Assembly: GCA_964247055.1 (NCBI GenBank)
Contig: OZ176050.1
Coordinates: 3,286,001-3,350,000, forward strand
Length of the DNA stretch: 64,000 nt
Reading direction: 5' to 3'
Origin: Paragordius varius
Lineage: Eukaryota > Animalia > Nematomorpha
Made by a program: the position numbers and the translations under genes
The notes under the pieces: model-generated
What the model was told of the DNA's origin: nothing
The model's input: only the letters and a program-made list of their open reading frames with translations
Databases searched by the model: none
Shown: piece after piece, positions 50,001-64,000 of the stretch
How positions within the stretch are numbered: the first letter of the stretch is position 1
How the letters are laid out: every line of letters starts with the position of its first letter

Positions 50001-53000
50001 TTCATATTTTTCTCATATAAAGGATTACATAACTTTCGAAATGAGCTGAATAAAAAACCTGAATGCTTGATTCATGTGCGGCCAATTCTCCCTCAAACCT
50101 TTTGTGCTTTTTCCGCAAGTTTTGTACGCTCATCAAATCTTTACCGTATTCATCGGAATCAAGCAGGAGTAATTTTTCCCTATAGATAAAGTAAAACTTA
50201 TAGTTAGTGAATATAATGTCCTCAAAATTAAAATGTTTTATTGTAAATTAACGTTTATGTTAAAACGTAATTTAAAATATCATAATTTAAAACAAAAAAC
50301 ACATCTCACTTTGTGTTTAATACTTTACTTTATATAAAAAAGATATTATGTAGTTGATTTTTTAGGTTTAAAGGTTCTAAAAATTTTTTTTATCAAGAGT
50401 ATTCATTAAAAAATTAAATTATTGCTGCATGTATACATTAATTCTAATTATCCAAGTTTAATTTATCCTTTGTTTTACAAAATCAAATCCTTTCAAATTC
50501 AATCCAATACCTTATCCATGTCCTTTCATCATCCAAGTCACGCAAAAAGTTATGTATGGCTGAAGCCTCTTCCAACCTAGCCCTACGATCTGTACTGACC
50601 CGTTTTATGTTATCGAAGGCATTTATAAATCGTTCCGATTCACGACGGACATATGCAACGTCTAAAGAAGGTGGTGATTGTTGATCTGATTCGCCCATTT
50701 CCACGCCCTCTTGTGGTTCAGTATTAATTCCACCATCAGCAGTAGCAGCAGAACTACTCTCAATTATATCGTTGGCCATTTGACCCAAGTTATTGACAGT
50801 GTCCTACATACACAACACATATAAAATTAATAAGGACAAAACATAAAAAATGATAATAAGTTTAATAAGGAAAACCCTATTGTTTAACACCACATTATAA
50901 ATCCTATATGTTGACCATAATTGGAAATAAAAATTAAAATTATAGAGATACAGACAAAAAAACAAAAAAATGATGGGTTAAAGCGAACCCTATTCTCTAA
51001 CGCCTGAATTATTATACGTATTCTATATATCTGTATAATATGAGAACCAAAAATTGAAATTATAGAGAAACGGATAAAAAACATAAAAATCCTAATAGAT
51101 AAATAATGAAAACCCTATTTATATCTATTTATTCTATATAATCTATATATGTAGACAAAAAGAGAGATAAAAAATTGAATGTAACCGAAATCGTGGTTAT
51201 ATTAGTAAAAAAAACAAGGGCTTAAAATATGGTTCTTTCATATATAAAATATATTTGTTTATCATATGTTTGGTCCCTATAATTAAAACTATTATTTACT
51301 ACAAATGGAAAATTGTTATCAAATAATTTCAAATTTTTTTTTAAATATTTTATGTAACGAATAATATAATTTGACCTCATGTGCAGCAATATCGGCCTCT
51401 AATAGAGCTTGAGCCTTCAAAGCGTTAGCCGGACTATCAGTAAAAGAACTAATTTTAAGGGCCGGACTCTCAAGTTTAGTTTTTGTTTCCTCTAACCAAA
51501 ACTCCAAATCTTTTAGGGCGGCATTGAATGACCTTGCAAAATATTTAGGTTTTTTAAAAATCAAAATGAAGGTAATGAAATATATAATTTGTTAATTTTC
51601 GTTTTCTAATTCGTAAACTTAGAAAACAACAGCTTAAAATATCATTAGTATTTTAACATAATAAAATACAAAATTATTATATTCATTACTACTTATACGC
51701 TCGCTAATCTTTTTATAATTTTTTTCAAAAATCAGTTATTATGAAACCTACAAAGTTAAAAAAAACTGCAAAAGATAGAATGCAAAAACCAAGACAATAT
51801 TTTTTTAGAAAAATCATACTTTTATACCCTTAATATTGTTTTTGGTTGTAGAATTTTAAATTAGTAACACCGTTATCATTTGGTGAAAAAATCAAGGATA
51901 CATAAAAAAGGATGGCTCTCATTTGTAGATAAAAAATATGATTGTCTTATATTTTTACGGTTAACACTATGAGTAAAAAGAATATATATAATATTATACC
52001 TCTTTTTATGTGCCTCCTTGAGTTTCAAACTTTTCATTTTGCTTCGTTTCATGAGTAAATCCCATTGTTGACCAAGCGAGCGTAAACGTTCTTCAACAGC
52101 GTGTTCAGAGCCCCCACACTTTCCACGTTCTATAAGGTTAGCTCCAGTAGAAACTAAGGCTTGAATGCGATCGGCATTGACGGCTAATTCGGCTTCGTAA
52201 GCTTGGTGTTTTTGATGTTTGCGCTAGGAATAAAAAATGGAAAAAGTATTATATAAAACATATTTTATACACGCGCATTTATATTTATAATAAAAATTAT
52301 TATTATTGTCTTCACTTCCACTTGAAAAATGATGATTGACCGTTTATGGAATCGAAAACAAATATCATATGAGATTTCATTTTTAATTTAATATGTATCA
52401 ATATATAAATTTTTGTTATGTATAAAAATTGTGTAAAATGTTATTTATACTAGGGTTGGGTCTGACCGGTTATAAATGTATTAATAAAACTGGCTTATTT
52501 AAAAATCAAAAAAAGTTTATAATTTTAATTATATGTAAATAATGGTGAGTAACTTTTAAAAGAAATATTGGAAACATAATATACCTTCTTTTAATTTTTT
52601 ATCTAATCACTTGATTAGTTGAGTTTCCATAACTAAACCCTATACATACAGTTGACAAAATTTAAATTAAAAATATACAGTTTAGGTTATTTTTTCCATT
52701 TTAAAAAATTTTATGCATAAAAACAAAGTGTTAAAGGAAGGTTTTTAGTTTTAATGGTTAAACTTGTCAGCGTGATGATTAAAAAAAGTCCAGAATTCCG
52801 AGATTTTTTGAACTACCATAATAATATTATTTATCTCATGAAAAAATATACGTGAATTCACCCATCGTAAAATCAACTCACACTTTAGTATTTTCTTATC
52901 TCATTTTTTAAACTTTCATAAATTATTTGAATATCATAAAACTGAGTTTACATTTTATTTCGATTTTAAACATTCTCTGCTAAGACTGACATTAATGACG

Positions 53001-53777
53001 ATTTTTTTGCAATTGGATTTGATTTTCCTTCGCATTGTCACACCATATTCATAATGTAGAACAGAGGTGTACAGTACGCATCTTTTCATAAAATTTTTGC
53101 GCCCGCAAAAGATTTGAACCAAAAAAATACGAAATATGATTTGCAAAAATATGCCTAAAATTTTAATAAAATTAGTATTTTTAATCAAATTATATGAATA
53201 AATAAATAAGTCATTCTAAACTGATATTGTTTTGTATTATAGACTCATTTTTTAAATTTACAAAATCTGTAATGCCCATGCGGCCCGCAAAGCCATTTAT
53301 GTTGGACACCCCTGGTTGACAAAAGTATTACATTTCAAAACTCAAGCAAAAAATGTGTCACCTCGATTGAAGTTGGATCAACTAGCGTAAAATCAGTGTA
53401 CCCAGGTTTAGCGGAGATTGGTATGACAGGCGTGGTTTCACTCATGAGTTCTCCCGAGCGGGTAGCTAAAACCGGTAATGCGTGGGCCATATTGTTATTA
53501 TCAGTCACATCCGTGGCGGTGACTCCATCGACTTGGGCCGCCTTTTCGGCCAACCAGGTCTCAATCTCATCCGCATCTCGACTAAATTGTTGCAGGGTTC
53601 GACATTCATTCAACTCTGCCCGTTTTTGTATAAGGGCTCGTTTAAGCGAACCCCAACGATTAAGTACCTGGATAGTATATATACATAAAATATGATTGCT
53701 TTTATTTTAATATGGTATTTAGTATGAAAGCTCGGCTGAGAGAACCCCTAGGGATTAAATACGTATGTTAATTTGGA

Positions 53778-53828
<51 letters not shown>

Positions 53829-56800
53829 TAATACCCATTTAGGCGAGCCCCAACAATATGAATGTTGGTGTTAGAATATTATAAAAATATTTTATGTTAT
53901 GTTTTCAAAAGCTTTTAAATGCAATATAAACATATACAGTTTGAGTATAAACACATATGTATTAATCAATCTATTTTTTAATTTGTCTAACTATCAATAA
54001 AGTATGTTCACAGAAAAATTAGACGCACCGATAGTGCTGGATACATATAATTACTATTAAAAAGTTTTAGGTTTAACAAAATAGTTGAACATACCTCACG
54101 CCGTTTTTTATCAATAGCAGTTGCGTCATAATGTCCAGAAGAAATGAGATGATCTGCAAAATTTTCCAGATTAGCAATTTTCTCCTCCTATATATTATAG
54201 AAAAAAAAAATACATAAATCATGGTACAAATATCTATAAAAAATCACTTTGCAGAGTTAATATAACAAGACTTTAAGCCATAATAACTTAACAAAAATAG
54301 TTATTTTCTCTGTAATATTGCAAAGTTTTTTTTCGTTAATTTATAGGGCACCTGGACATTAAGGGCTTTATCAAAATCTTCATGTTTTTTGATGAGAGCT
54401 TCAACCCCATAATCCGTGGTGGTGGTATTTTCGACAGGACTGGTGGTAGTGCCTTCCTCGGCGGCCCGCAAAAAAGCTTCCCTCGTTTGCATCCAATGTT
54501 CAGCCAATTCACAATCCCGATAAAACAATTGACTCTCCAAACATTGATCCAGGAGTTGACGCTTTTTCAACCATTCTCTGTGGCAACGATGGGTTATAAA
54601 ATACGAAAAAAACTGTTAATATTCGATGAATTTGGATATAAATGCATGCATTTGATTGTATATAATAGTTAAACAAGAAAAATGGCTAGTTTTTCATTAA
54701 ATATTGCCAGATAGTATTCACAAAAGAGTATTTGATTAAGGGCTAGATCGAGTGAATACCTTTTTGCTTATGCACTAACTTAAAATGATACTATTTCGTA
54801 AATTAAAGTAAAACCAAAAATATTTTATTACAAAAACAGAAGAATAAGTGGGAAACTGTGTTTACTGGGTATAACGTGTAGTTTTTATTATAACATTTCC
54901 GATATACTCATAATTACATTTTTTTAATTGATAAACGGGATCGAAAATAGTTATAAAAATATGGGCTAATCCTTTTTATAAAATGTGCATATAAATATAT
55001 AGATCTATACTGTTCCAATGTTTTTCTTGCGTCTTCCAAATTCATAAGAGCCTTTTCTATGGCGGGCGTTTCATAATGACCGCGATGAAGTAAACGATTC
55101 CCAAACGAATTAAATGCATCAAAAGCGGGTTGTCTCGATTCAATTTGATTTCGATAATCCTATGTATAATATAACAGTAAACATAAAAATATACATACAT
55201 AATTTATATAATCTAAACGATTACAATAGAAAGCATAATTTACTATCCTCATATATCTCTATTCCCAATTTGGCAACCCAAGAGAATAGCCTATCATAAA
55301 AAATTAAGGTTAAAGTGGAAAAAAGTATGGCTATTAAAAATTATTTGTCTTTAAATTTATATGTTTTGTCTTTGTATTTATTTTTATTGGTTAATCGGAA
55401 CAAAAGTTTAATAAAGTATGTAGAATGTATGATGAAAATTTCCTCAAATATAATTTTAGTAAATATTTAATAATTTAAAATATATAGTCAAATATCATAC
55501 TTATAAAAACAAACTTACCATATGTTTTTCCAAGAGCATTTCAGCAGCAGTAACATCATGTACAGGCTCAAAATTTGCAAACTGATTCGTCATATGATTG
55601 ATCCATGTATTCAAATCGCTAAATTTCAAAAAAAAATCCATATTTATAAACCAAAAAACGCATATTAAAACTTCAATAAACTCAATAACAAAAAGCACTT
55701 TTTTAAAAAATAGATGAATTAAATATATTTAGTAGACCCCCACTTCCGCTCATTTTAAAAATTAAGGAGCTCATTGTGATTATAATTCACTTTTCTTATT
55801 AAAATTCTAGTGGTATAATTGTTTATGCCTTCTTACAAACTTATATGGGTATTTTGAAGTCCTGATCATGATTTACGTAAAACAACAATGGATTTAATAT
55901 TAGATTTACTTTTAAAAAAATTCAATCATTTTCAAAAAAATATAGGATGCCGTGAGTCATCTATATATTTGGAGCTATTGGGGCAGATCAACACTGTAAA
56001 TTTAAATTTTTAGAGTAAAGCAATTTTACTTATATTCGTCCAAAAATTTGTGATATTCAAAACTATCTTGTAGTTTGGCATCATATTCACTCGTTTTTCG
56101 TGTCAAGGCTTGCCAAGCATCATTGATAACTTGCATCCGTTCACTTATATCGTCAGCCGAATCGGGGTGACTCTTTATTAATCTAATCGATGTATCTTCC
56201 AAATGATTAATCTAAAATATAAATAAAATTCATGATGATTTTCACCAAATTATTAAGAAACTATAACACTTCTCAACAAGGTTTTGCACCACTCCATTTT
56301 TTGCATTTTCTGATACCTAATGGAAGGCCAAAACAAAAAAGAAAATTGAGGCCGTCAATAGAATTTTTCCAAAATTTAATTTTTAAATTTGTATTTAATT
56401 CAAAAATAACAATCATTCCTCGTGTACATATGTTTAAATATTCAAACGAGCAAGTCGATACAAGTTATATTCCATGCATGGATAACAAATAGGCATTAAA
56501 TAAGATACTAAACAAGCTAAGAGCCAAAGTATTAAAAATCTAAAAGGGGCTTATGTATAGTGTGATAGATCCGGGCGGCTGCACAAGCTCTGCATATCCC
56601 CCAAGTGATCCTATAATTTTGCCAAATATGGCAAAGATAACAATAATTAATCGTAAAGTCCGACAAGAGAGACTTGCAAGCAAAATTCAGGCAAATTGAC
56701 ATGTCAAATTAACCAATTTACAGAATAAAGTTAGATAAATTCTACAATTAAATTGAATATAAATTAGGTAAATACAAATGGTCCTATCCCATAACAGTAA

Positions 56801-59800
56801 ATTCTACTAAAAGTGGCTACACAACATCCATCTGAAATTCAAAAAACAAAACAACCACGAATTAAAAAAAAATAAGGTATATCCACTAGGTATAAATAAA
56901 GGATTTTTTATAAGAACCAACTCAAGAAAAAAAGCCTAATAAGTACTCGAAAGAACGAAAACTAACAAAAAAAATATCTATCTGAAAGCGGAAGGTTTAA
57001 ACCATAGAATGCCTTTTTTAGTATTTTTTATAAAAAAAATTTTATATGTGTTTAAAATTCATTTGAAAAAAAAGGCTAAATTTTGACGTTTAAGTCCGTA
57101 CTATTTTTTTTCTCTCTGATATTTAAATGACATATTTATATTCAAAAGATAGAGTTTAAAACGCTTTATTATATAATATTAAGTTTATAATATAATAACA
57201 TTTTATTATAAAGTTATATTTAATTTTTTCTAGATTTTCTCTTGTTTTTGAAAAATTGAAAAACCTAAAAAATTTCAAAATTCTGATTGGCGGGATCAAA
57301 AAATTTTTCAAATTCGGTTTTAAAACACTGAAATTAGTCATAATTTAAAAAGTTTAAGTGATGGTGCTTAAAAATGTCTAAATTTGTCGACTAGTGTAAT
57401 TAAAACTATATGAGGTATAAAAGAGATAATATATACTTTAACTCTCTACCAATTATAAAGGCCTCACAAACATTTTTTCAACTAATATAAATAATTTAAA
57501 TAAACTCGTATTCATTTTCTATTGAATTGTTTAGGGAAATAAAATTGGCAAATAAAATATTTGCAATATATTACCCTTTCACCCAAAGCGTTTAGATCAC
57601 GACTAAAACCTTCTTGTTTCTTTTGCAATGATTTGACGGATGCTAAATCCTTACCATAGTCTTCGTTATCAAGCATACCCATTTTTTCATCAATCCACTC
57701 CAGAGTATCGGTAGTATCCCTAAAAAAATTTTATCATAAAAATACATATTATTTTAAGCCGCATATGTTTCAAAAACATATTTATGGTACAAAATTAATA
57801 AAATTCACAAAAATTAAAAATGATGGCCGGCTTAATAAATCTGTAATTTAATAAAATCTAAATAATTTCATATTGTTTTATGGTAATATATATAAGTCTA
57901 TTTGCACGAATCATGTTTAAATTTGCAACTTTTAATATATAAAATAGTTTAATGGAAGTAAATAATTTTTAATCTCTCATAAATAATTTCTCATTATTTC
58001 ATTGTTAAAAATACTAACCTATGGAAGCGTTGAACCTCATGTGCCGTTCGGAGTATTTCTGATCTTTCATTCGTGGCTTGTTTGATTTGTTCCCATTTGG
58101 CATTTAAGTCCTGATAATAAATAATTAGTAATTTATATATTAAGAAATAATCAGCAGACAAATCTTATAACAAAAAATTTATATATTATATAACGTTTAG
58201 GTTAAATAATTATTTTATTAAATGTGATTACATAATTTTGATATATAATTACTGATATATTTTTCGCTAATAATTTATATATTAAATTTATTAATTACCA
58301 ATATATATAATAAAATTTCCCAAAGACATTTATTTGTAAATAATTTATTGAAAGAAAAACCAATAATTATTACCTGGACTTGAGTTTTAATATTAGCGGC
58401 GGCTTCAGTGTGACCCATATCTTCAAGCTTGGAAGCCACTTCGTTCATTTCAATCAAACGGATTTCATTTGCTTTCATATCCTATTAAATGCATAAAAAA
58501 CAATTAAAATATGGTACTTTTCATATTAATAAATTGAAAAGATATTGATAATATATTGTACAAGAATAATTAATTAATAATATAAAATATTGATTTGAAC
58601 TAATAAATTCCAATAAAATTCTGATGTAATAGTTCATATTGATTTTATATGCGCAATGATAAAGAATATTTTAAATTTTCTGAGAACTAATTTAAAGGTA
58701 TATAACCGCTCTTACATATTAAATCATGGGTAATCAAAAAATATGGTTACTTAGGCACTACACATATCTAATCTTAAAATAATTATATTCTATATTCAAT
58801 AAACATATTTCCATTTAAATTATGGATTTCCAAAACGAAAATCTTCGCAGGCTGCTTTTTTAATCAAAGAGCCTACGGGCCGGATTCGCAAAATATATAG
58901 GTATTAACAAATAATTTATTAGATTTTGAACCTAAAACTGTAAAAACACTATTAATTTCAACCATTTTTCCTAGTTCATTGGCGAAATTCGGAAAAACTT
59001 AATCGGAAAATTTGTTCAACAAAATCAATTTTACGTAAAATTTTGTATAAGAAATTCGTAAAGGGCTGCACAAATATTTGGGAGGGGCGCGTATTGGACA
59101 CCCTTGATTCAATTGTATATTTAGTCCTTACTTTTTGGAAATCGTCAAAACGTTTTTGTAAAACTTCAACTTGTTCGAGGTCTTCGGTGGAACCCATACC
59201 GACATCCTTTGTGGAAGCAACCACTTCCTTTTGTTTAATCCAATCACTAAGCATAGCGGCTTCACGAACCAGTCTAAAGGCTTCCAGCGTCCGTTCAAGC
59301 TTATTTTTGCGTTCAAGGGCATCCTTCATTAATTTGTCATATCTATTATTATAGGTGATGTAGAGCTAAAAAACATAAATTTAAATGGTCAAATCTGGTG
59401 ATTGAATGACAAAAACTTATGAGTTGAACATACATACTCATGCATAACATATTTTGCTAAAATCATTTATTAAATAATCTTTGTTTAAAGGGGTTATTTT
59501 TATTCATTTTGGATCGAAATATATTTTATTTCATATTTTTTTGCAAACTATCTATAGTTTAGTAGAATCTATACTTATTTCTTAAATTAAAATATGGATT
59601 AATTATCTGAACCGTTTGGTTTAAAAACGGTTTCAAAAGAAGTTATTAGGTTCCTAAATTTATTAAATGCTACTTTTACCCAAATATATTTAAGGTTTGG
59701 AAGACATATCCGAAAAAATAGGTTAAGATGAATTAAAATGGTTTGCAAAACGATTCCAAAGAAGAAATTGATTGGTTCATAAAAATAAATTAATCAAATT

Positions 59801-62380
59801 TTAGATTACAGTTACTGAAAATGTCTTTTAGTTAGATAATAAAAAATTATAAACTGTTGTTCAATTTGATTTTCTCGAACTGTGATGATATTAACAGCCG
59901 TGGTTCCTTGTCCTCCGGGGGAAGTGACACCGCCCGTTTCCATAATGTTATTTGATCCAAAAGTCGCTTCCGTTCCTAAGAGTATGGGTACTGTATCGAT
60001 TCGCTTAACATAACCCGCAGGGACATAACCTTGTCGATCAGAGATTTCAACCTTCCACCAATCCTTCAAAAGTATATAAAAATGTGAATATAAAGGTTTA
60101 ATGTTTAACAATACATAAAAACTAAGTTGTAAAAAAAATTTTACATTAATACCTATTTTTGATGAAAAAAAAGTTTATTTAGTCTGATTTTAAAAGTAAA
60201 CACCATTAATGAATCTGCATTTTTCATAAAAACGATAATATTATAACTTACATAAAAACATATAACTCAAAACCAATCCGTCTTAAACCCCAAAAAAAGT
60301 TTTGACAGTAAATAACGCTTCAAAAACTTACCTTATGCGTGTTATTAAGGAGAGTTAGGATATCCCCCTTTTTCATGGAGACCTCTCTCGGACTCCGTTC
60401 AGTGTAATCAAACAGTGCTTGAACAGTTTCTTTGCCTGAAACATCAAGGCTAGGTGGTTGTTTTGTTTTACATTCTTGCGCCGCATCGCGTAAATGTGCA
60501 ATGGTGCTTTGGAAAGCTTCAATGTCCGAAATAAGTAAGTTATGACGCTTAAGCAATACCTTAAATTAGAATGTAATGAAAAATAGAGTTATTTAAAATG
60601 TAATTTTATATGGGTGAATGAGTAAAAAAGAAGGAATCCATTTGAATATCAATGTTTTATGCACAGCCATCCATTATGTTCACTAGTTTTGAATAAGCAT
60701 CAATCGCAATTATAAAATTTAAATTATTCGGGAATTATTTCCCATGAGATACAACAAAACATTAAAAAAAACATATAAGAGCCAATAACCTGTCCAGAAC
60801 AAATAGAAGGCTGAAACATTCAAAAACTCCAACTACATACTCAAAACTTATCAGAAAATAAATCCAAATTTCAAAGTAATCGCATAAAAAGACCTCTGTC
60901 ATATCCTCATCTTTTCCATAATCTCGACTCTGAACGAGTGGTTCTTTTTCCTTCATCCAGCTTTCAGCTTCAGTCACATCCGTCAAATAAAGATGGATTT
61001 GAAGTGCATCTTGAAGGTCGGATTCCCGAGCCACGGTTCTATCCTTGAGTCGATTCCATTTCTCGGCTAAACGATTCAGTCGTGCTTTGATTTCGGGTGT
61101 AGCAAAATGTCCTTATTAATAATATAGATATTGAAATTATTTCGATAAGAAGTGTAAGAATAAAATATATATAAAGTATTTTTTGTTGATTTTCGATGCT
61201 TTATACGCTTTGACCAAAAAATATATATAGGAATCTTTAAATGATAACATGTTTTAGAATATTATTTATGACCGGTAAAAATACTTATAACGGGTCTTTT
61301 TGCTCATAAATGTTAAATAATACACATATAATTAATTTCCCACAAACGAATTTCATAACAAAGATGAAGCCCATAAAATACAAAAAATATTGATCAAAAA
61401 CTACTAAAAGTCACTGTGAAATCAACATACACCAACAATATTTATTAATATAGGATATGTATTAATTAATGTTTTTCCATGTATTTAATACTTAAATCAT
61501 AGTAAAACAACTACCTTCTTTAATCATTTTATTGCCTTGTTCAATCAATGAAACGACGTTTGCTTCACGAGCTTCAAGTTCAGCCATCAGCGTACCATGT
61601 TTTCGTATTAAATTTTGGCATCCTATCGAATCTTTTCCTGTATTATGGGGGCAAAAAATATAAAAAAATATTTCAAAGATAATTACTATTAGTCTTTTAT
61701 ATTTTATAAATATTTTAAAAATATATTATAAATTATATTAGAAGTGCGTCTACAAAACAATATTGTGTTGTCTGACACAACTAGCAAAAAATACTAAACA
61801 TCGTCTCTTGTAAAAATTGAGCATTTACCCATTAAAAAGTTGGTATATATATATATATATATATATATGTAAAACTTTATTAAATCTAAAATCAGGGATA
61901 TAAATTGAAATTACAAGTTCAAACAAAACGTGAAAACAAATGACAGTATCTTAGAAAAGGCAAAATTTTTTACACCATAATTTTGTTTGTACTGGGTTCA
62001 TCATAAAAAACAAAGATGTAAATTGCCAGCCATATTTTGACATAAATGTTAGCTACCATTTAAAGTTAAAATTCACCCTCTAAAACTCAAATTCGCCCTT
62101 GAACAATTCAAATTCAATCTAAAATAAACTAGGTTTTTTAAGATTAAAAAATACCTATATTTTTTTGTTTTTTAAAAAAAATTTCGTTTAAAATTAATAT
62201 AGTCTGAAATAATAATAAACTATGCCATAAGAATATATTTCTTATTAATGATGAGTTATATTAGCACGAAAACACATAATTATTTTAAATTTGAATCAAG
62301 GGTGTATTTGAATTCGAGGGTGAATTTAGATTGTTCGAGGGTGAATATAAATTGTTTAAGGGCCAATTTAAAATGTAAAT

Positions 62381-62421
<41 letters not shown>

Positions 62422-63876
62422 AAATCATCAAGATTAAAGAAATGAGACTATCCACATACTCTGTAAAAAAATTTTCTTTTACAGTTTAAGTTTTGTCCTT
62501 ATTTAATTTTGACTGTATTACACCCAAACTACAGATGCAACGTCACAAAAAGCCCATAAAATAAACCCCAATTTATTTATTTATTTTAAACATTTGTTAA
62601 AAACCAAAACTAACCAAAATTAATATACCTCGATTAGTGCTATTAACTAATGGTTCCTTTTCCCGTATCCAGGCTTCCTCGTCCTCAATATCCTTGAATA
62701 GGGTTAAACAACGTTCAGCTTGTTGAAGTTTACTGCGTTTGACTTCAATCGGTTCCATCAACCGTTTATATCGATCAACTATACCGGAAAGTTTGGCTTT
62801 AATCGTACTCTCTATTGGGCTAAATTTCGTTGTTTCGGTTTCGATTTCGGGTGAGTAATCTGTCGTGTCTTCTGAAGTGCCTACAAAAAATGCAGGAAAA
62901 AATTAAATCAAATTATAAGTATGGTGCGTAAAATCTGTATGCAATAGCGTCAGAGTTTTAATATTAAAGTATAAAATGTAAAAAAAACTGTAAATTTTTA
63001 CAATTATTAATTTATTTCCTTAACTCCTAGATTATATGATATTAGGTTCTGTAATACAGAGAGGAGGAAATCCTCTTAATCCCATATTAAACAACACAAA
63101 TCATAAGAGTAAAATCTTTTATAAACATTGGCAAATTTTATCCTTATCCTCGAAATATTTTACGCATATTTTTTAAAATTTTATCCTTAACAAGATAAAA
63201 AAACCTTCAACTAAATTATTACTTGTAGTAGGCCGTTCAGTTCCAACCTCATGTGCACGTGACCGCGAAATCAAGGGTAGGGATTGAAGTTCTGATATTT
63301 TGTCCGCATGTGTAGCAATTTCATCCTCTAATCGTTTCAACTTTTTCTTCATGTGATCCAAACTTTTTAAATCCTGAAATAAAATAATTAATAAACAAAT
63401 ATTTAGATATCTAAAAATTTGTATTTTTGGGATCCCATAAACTTATGAAAGCTTTTAGTGTTAACGAATTCTTTATAATAAAATAATGATAATTTATCAA
63501 TAATATTTATTGCATCCAAAGTTTTTTAGAGTAGGTTGCATAAATTGACATAATTTATTTACGCTATATGTCTCATATAGCACAATTTTCATATATGAGT
63601 TATAAAAGTTATAACCCTAAAAAATTGTTGAAAAGAATATTGAGAACAATCTCATAATTGTACTTAAACCTGGCAATAGAAAGCTAAAAAAAGTAATGTA
63701 CTTTTCCATAATCATCGGCAGCTATTTCACCCTCGATATCATTCATCCATACATCTAAATCATCCATGTCCCGAACATACCCAAGTTGTTCAAAAGTTCG
63801 CTTCAAATTACTGGCCTTTATTTCACTTTCGTGCAACAATCGATCCCACAAATCACGAATTTCATCCAAATGTGTA
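44019..63876 (-). CDS. SPTAN1: Alpha-spectrin (non-erythroid type), 3' part: spectrin repeats, SH3, EF-hands; 5' end lies beyond the window
   Basis: 34 exons traced: 63876-63702, 63373-63205, 62880-62629, 61637-61515, 61111-60894, 60559-60332, 60063-59855, 59342-59132, 58481-58374, 58110-58019, 57719-57575, 56211-56030, 55618-55519, 55159-55011, 54577-54352, 54187-54095, 53667-53362, 52223-52000, 51532-51376, 50803-50511, 50179-50059, 49628-49419, 49150-49094, 49007-48909, 48532-48337, 48105-47801, 47216-47100, 46764-46585, 46227-46060, 45747-45653, 45594-45439, 44990-44844, 44597-44453, 44147-44019. Diagnostic peptides: [30 protein letters not shown] (SH3), [60 protein letters not shown]. 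Confidence 0.97.
53783..53822. repeat. (TA)n microsatellite (one of several: ~3330, 16102, 22075, 23774, 38424, 61847, 62383)
   Basis: Directly visible dinucleotide runs. Confidence 0.95.
56267..57396 (-). mobile_element. Second copy of the CACT...AGTG element, in a spectrin intron
   Basis: Reverse complement of 13063-14198. Flanked by taa on both sides (3-bp TSD). Lies between spectrin exons 57719-57575 and 56211-56030. Confidence 0.75.
62056..62382. mobile_element. TA-flanked MITE with agggtgaat subterminal repeats, in a spectrin intron
   Basis: ta|ccattta ... taaatgg|ta followed by (TA)n. Repeated aattcaccct/aattcgccct on the left and agggtgaat on the right. Confidence 0.6.
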
Positions 63877-64000
63877 CTTTAAACAGAAAACTTTATATAT
63901 ATATTAAAGTTTTACAAGTGTTTTATTGTGATAAAAAAAGATTCTAATTCGCAACAAAATTATTTTAATCGATAGTGTAAAGTCTAATAGACCCTCTTTT

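Noticed and set aside
40213-53314. Inverted CAGGGGTGTCCAA hAT-type termini 13 kb apart, suggesting a composite transposon
   Set aside because: The flanking 8-mers do not match (ttataaac versus gttgacaa), and similar orphan termini occur at ~9150 and ~59095, so they are independent remnants.
55327-55392. Apparent signal-peptide exon ([21 protein letters not shown]) nested in a spectrin intron
   Set aside because: It is homologous to the TA-flanked MITE at 38219-38403. AT-rich repeats translate as hydrophobic text, and no downstream exons were found.
53396-59354. Plus-strand ORFs at 53396, 53482, 54382, 55114 and 59043
   Set aside because: They are antisense shadows of spectrin exons.

Overview
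Very AT-rich animal (invertebrate) genomic DNA with spliceosomal introns; the species cannot be identified from sequence alone. The left 38 kb is a tandem segmental duplication (copy A ~285-21150, copy B ~21940-38270) with a fragment of an RTE-clade LINE at the junction. Each copy carries four genes: (i) a 6-exon gene for an unrecognised protein with N-terminal NPF motifs and 59-70-aa GGRHPQS tandem repeats; (ii) a small secreted Asp/Tyr-block plus Arg-block protein, intact only in B; (iii) RNA polymerase III subunit C3 (POLR3C), whose reading frame needs three 22-24-nt introns; (iv) a micro-exon gene for a secreted Gly/Lys/Tyr/Gln-rich protein, complete only in B (11 exons, eight consecutive symmetric phase-1 exons of 9-72 nt) and invisible in the ORF track. 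Copy A has accumulated several DNA-transposon insertions that B lacks. To the right lie a single-exon GT31 beta-1,3-galactosyltransferase-like gene and the 3' 34 exons of alpha-spectrin on the minus strand, which continues past the window end. All exon models were spliced by hand, so coordinates may be off by a few bases, and no database search or RNA evidence was available.
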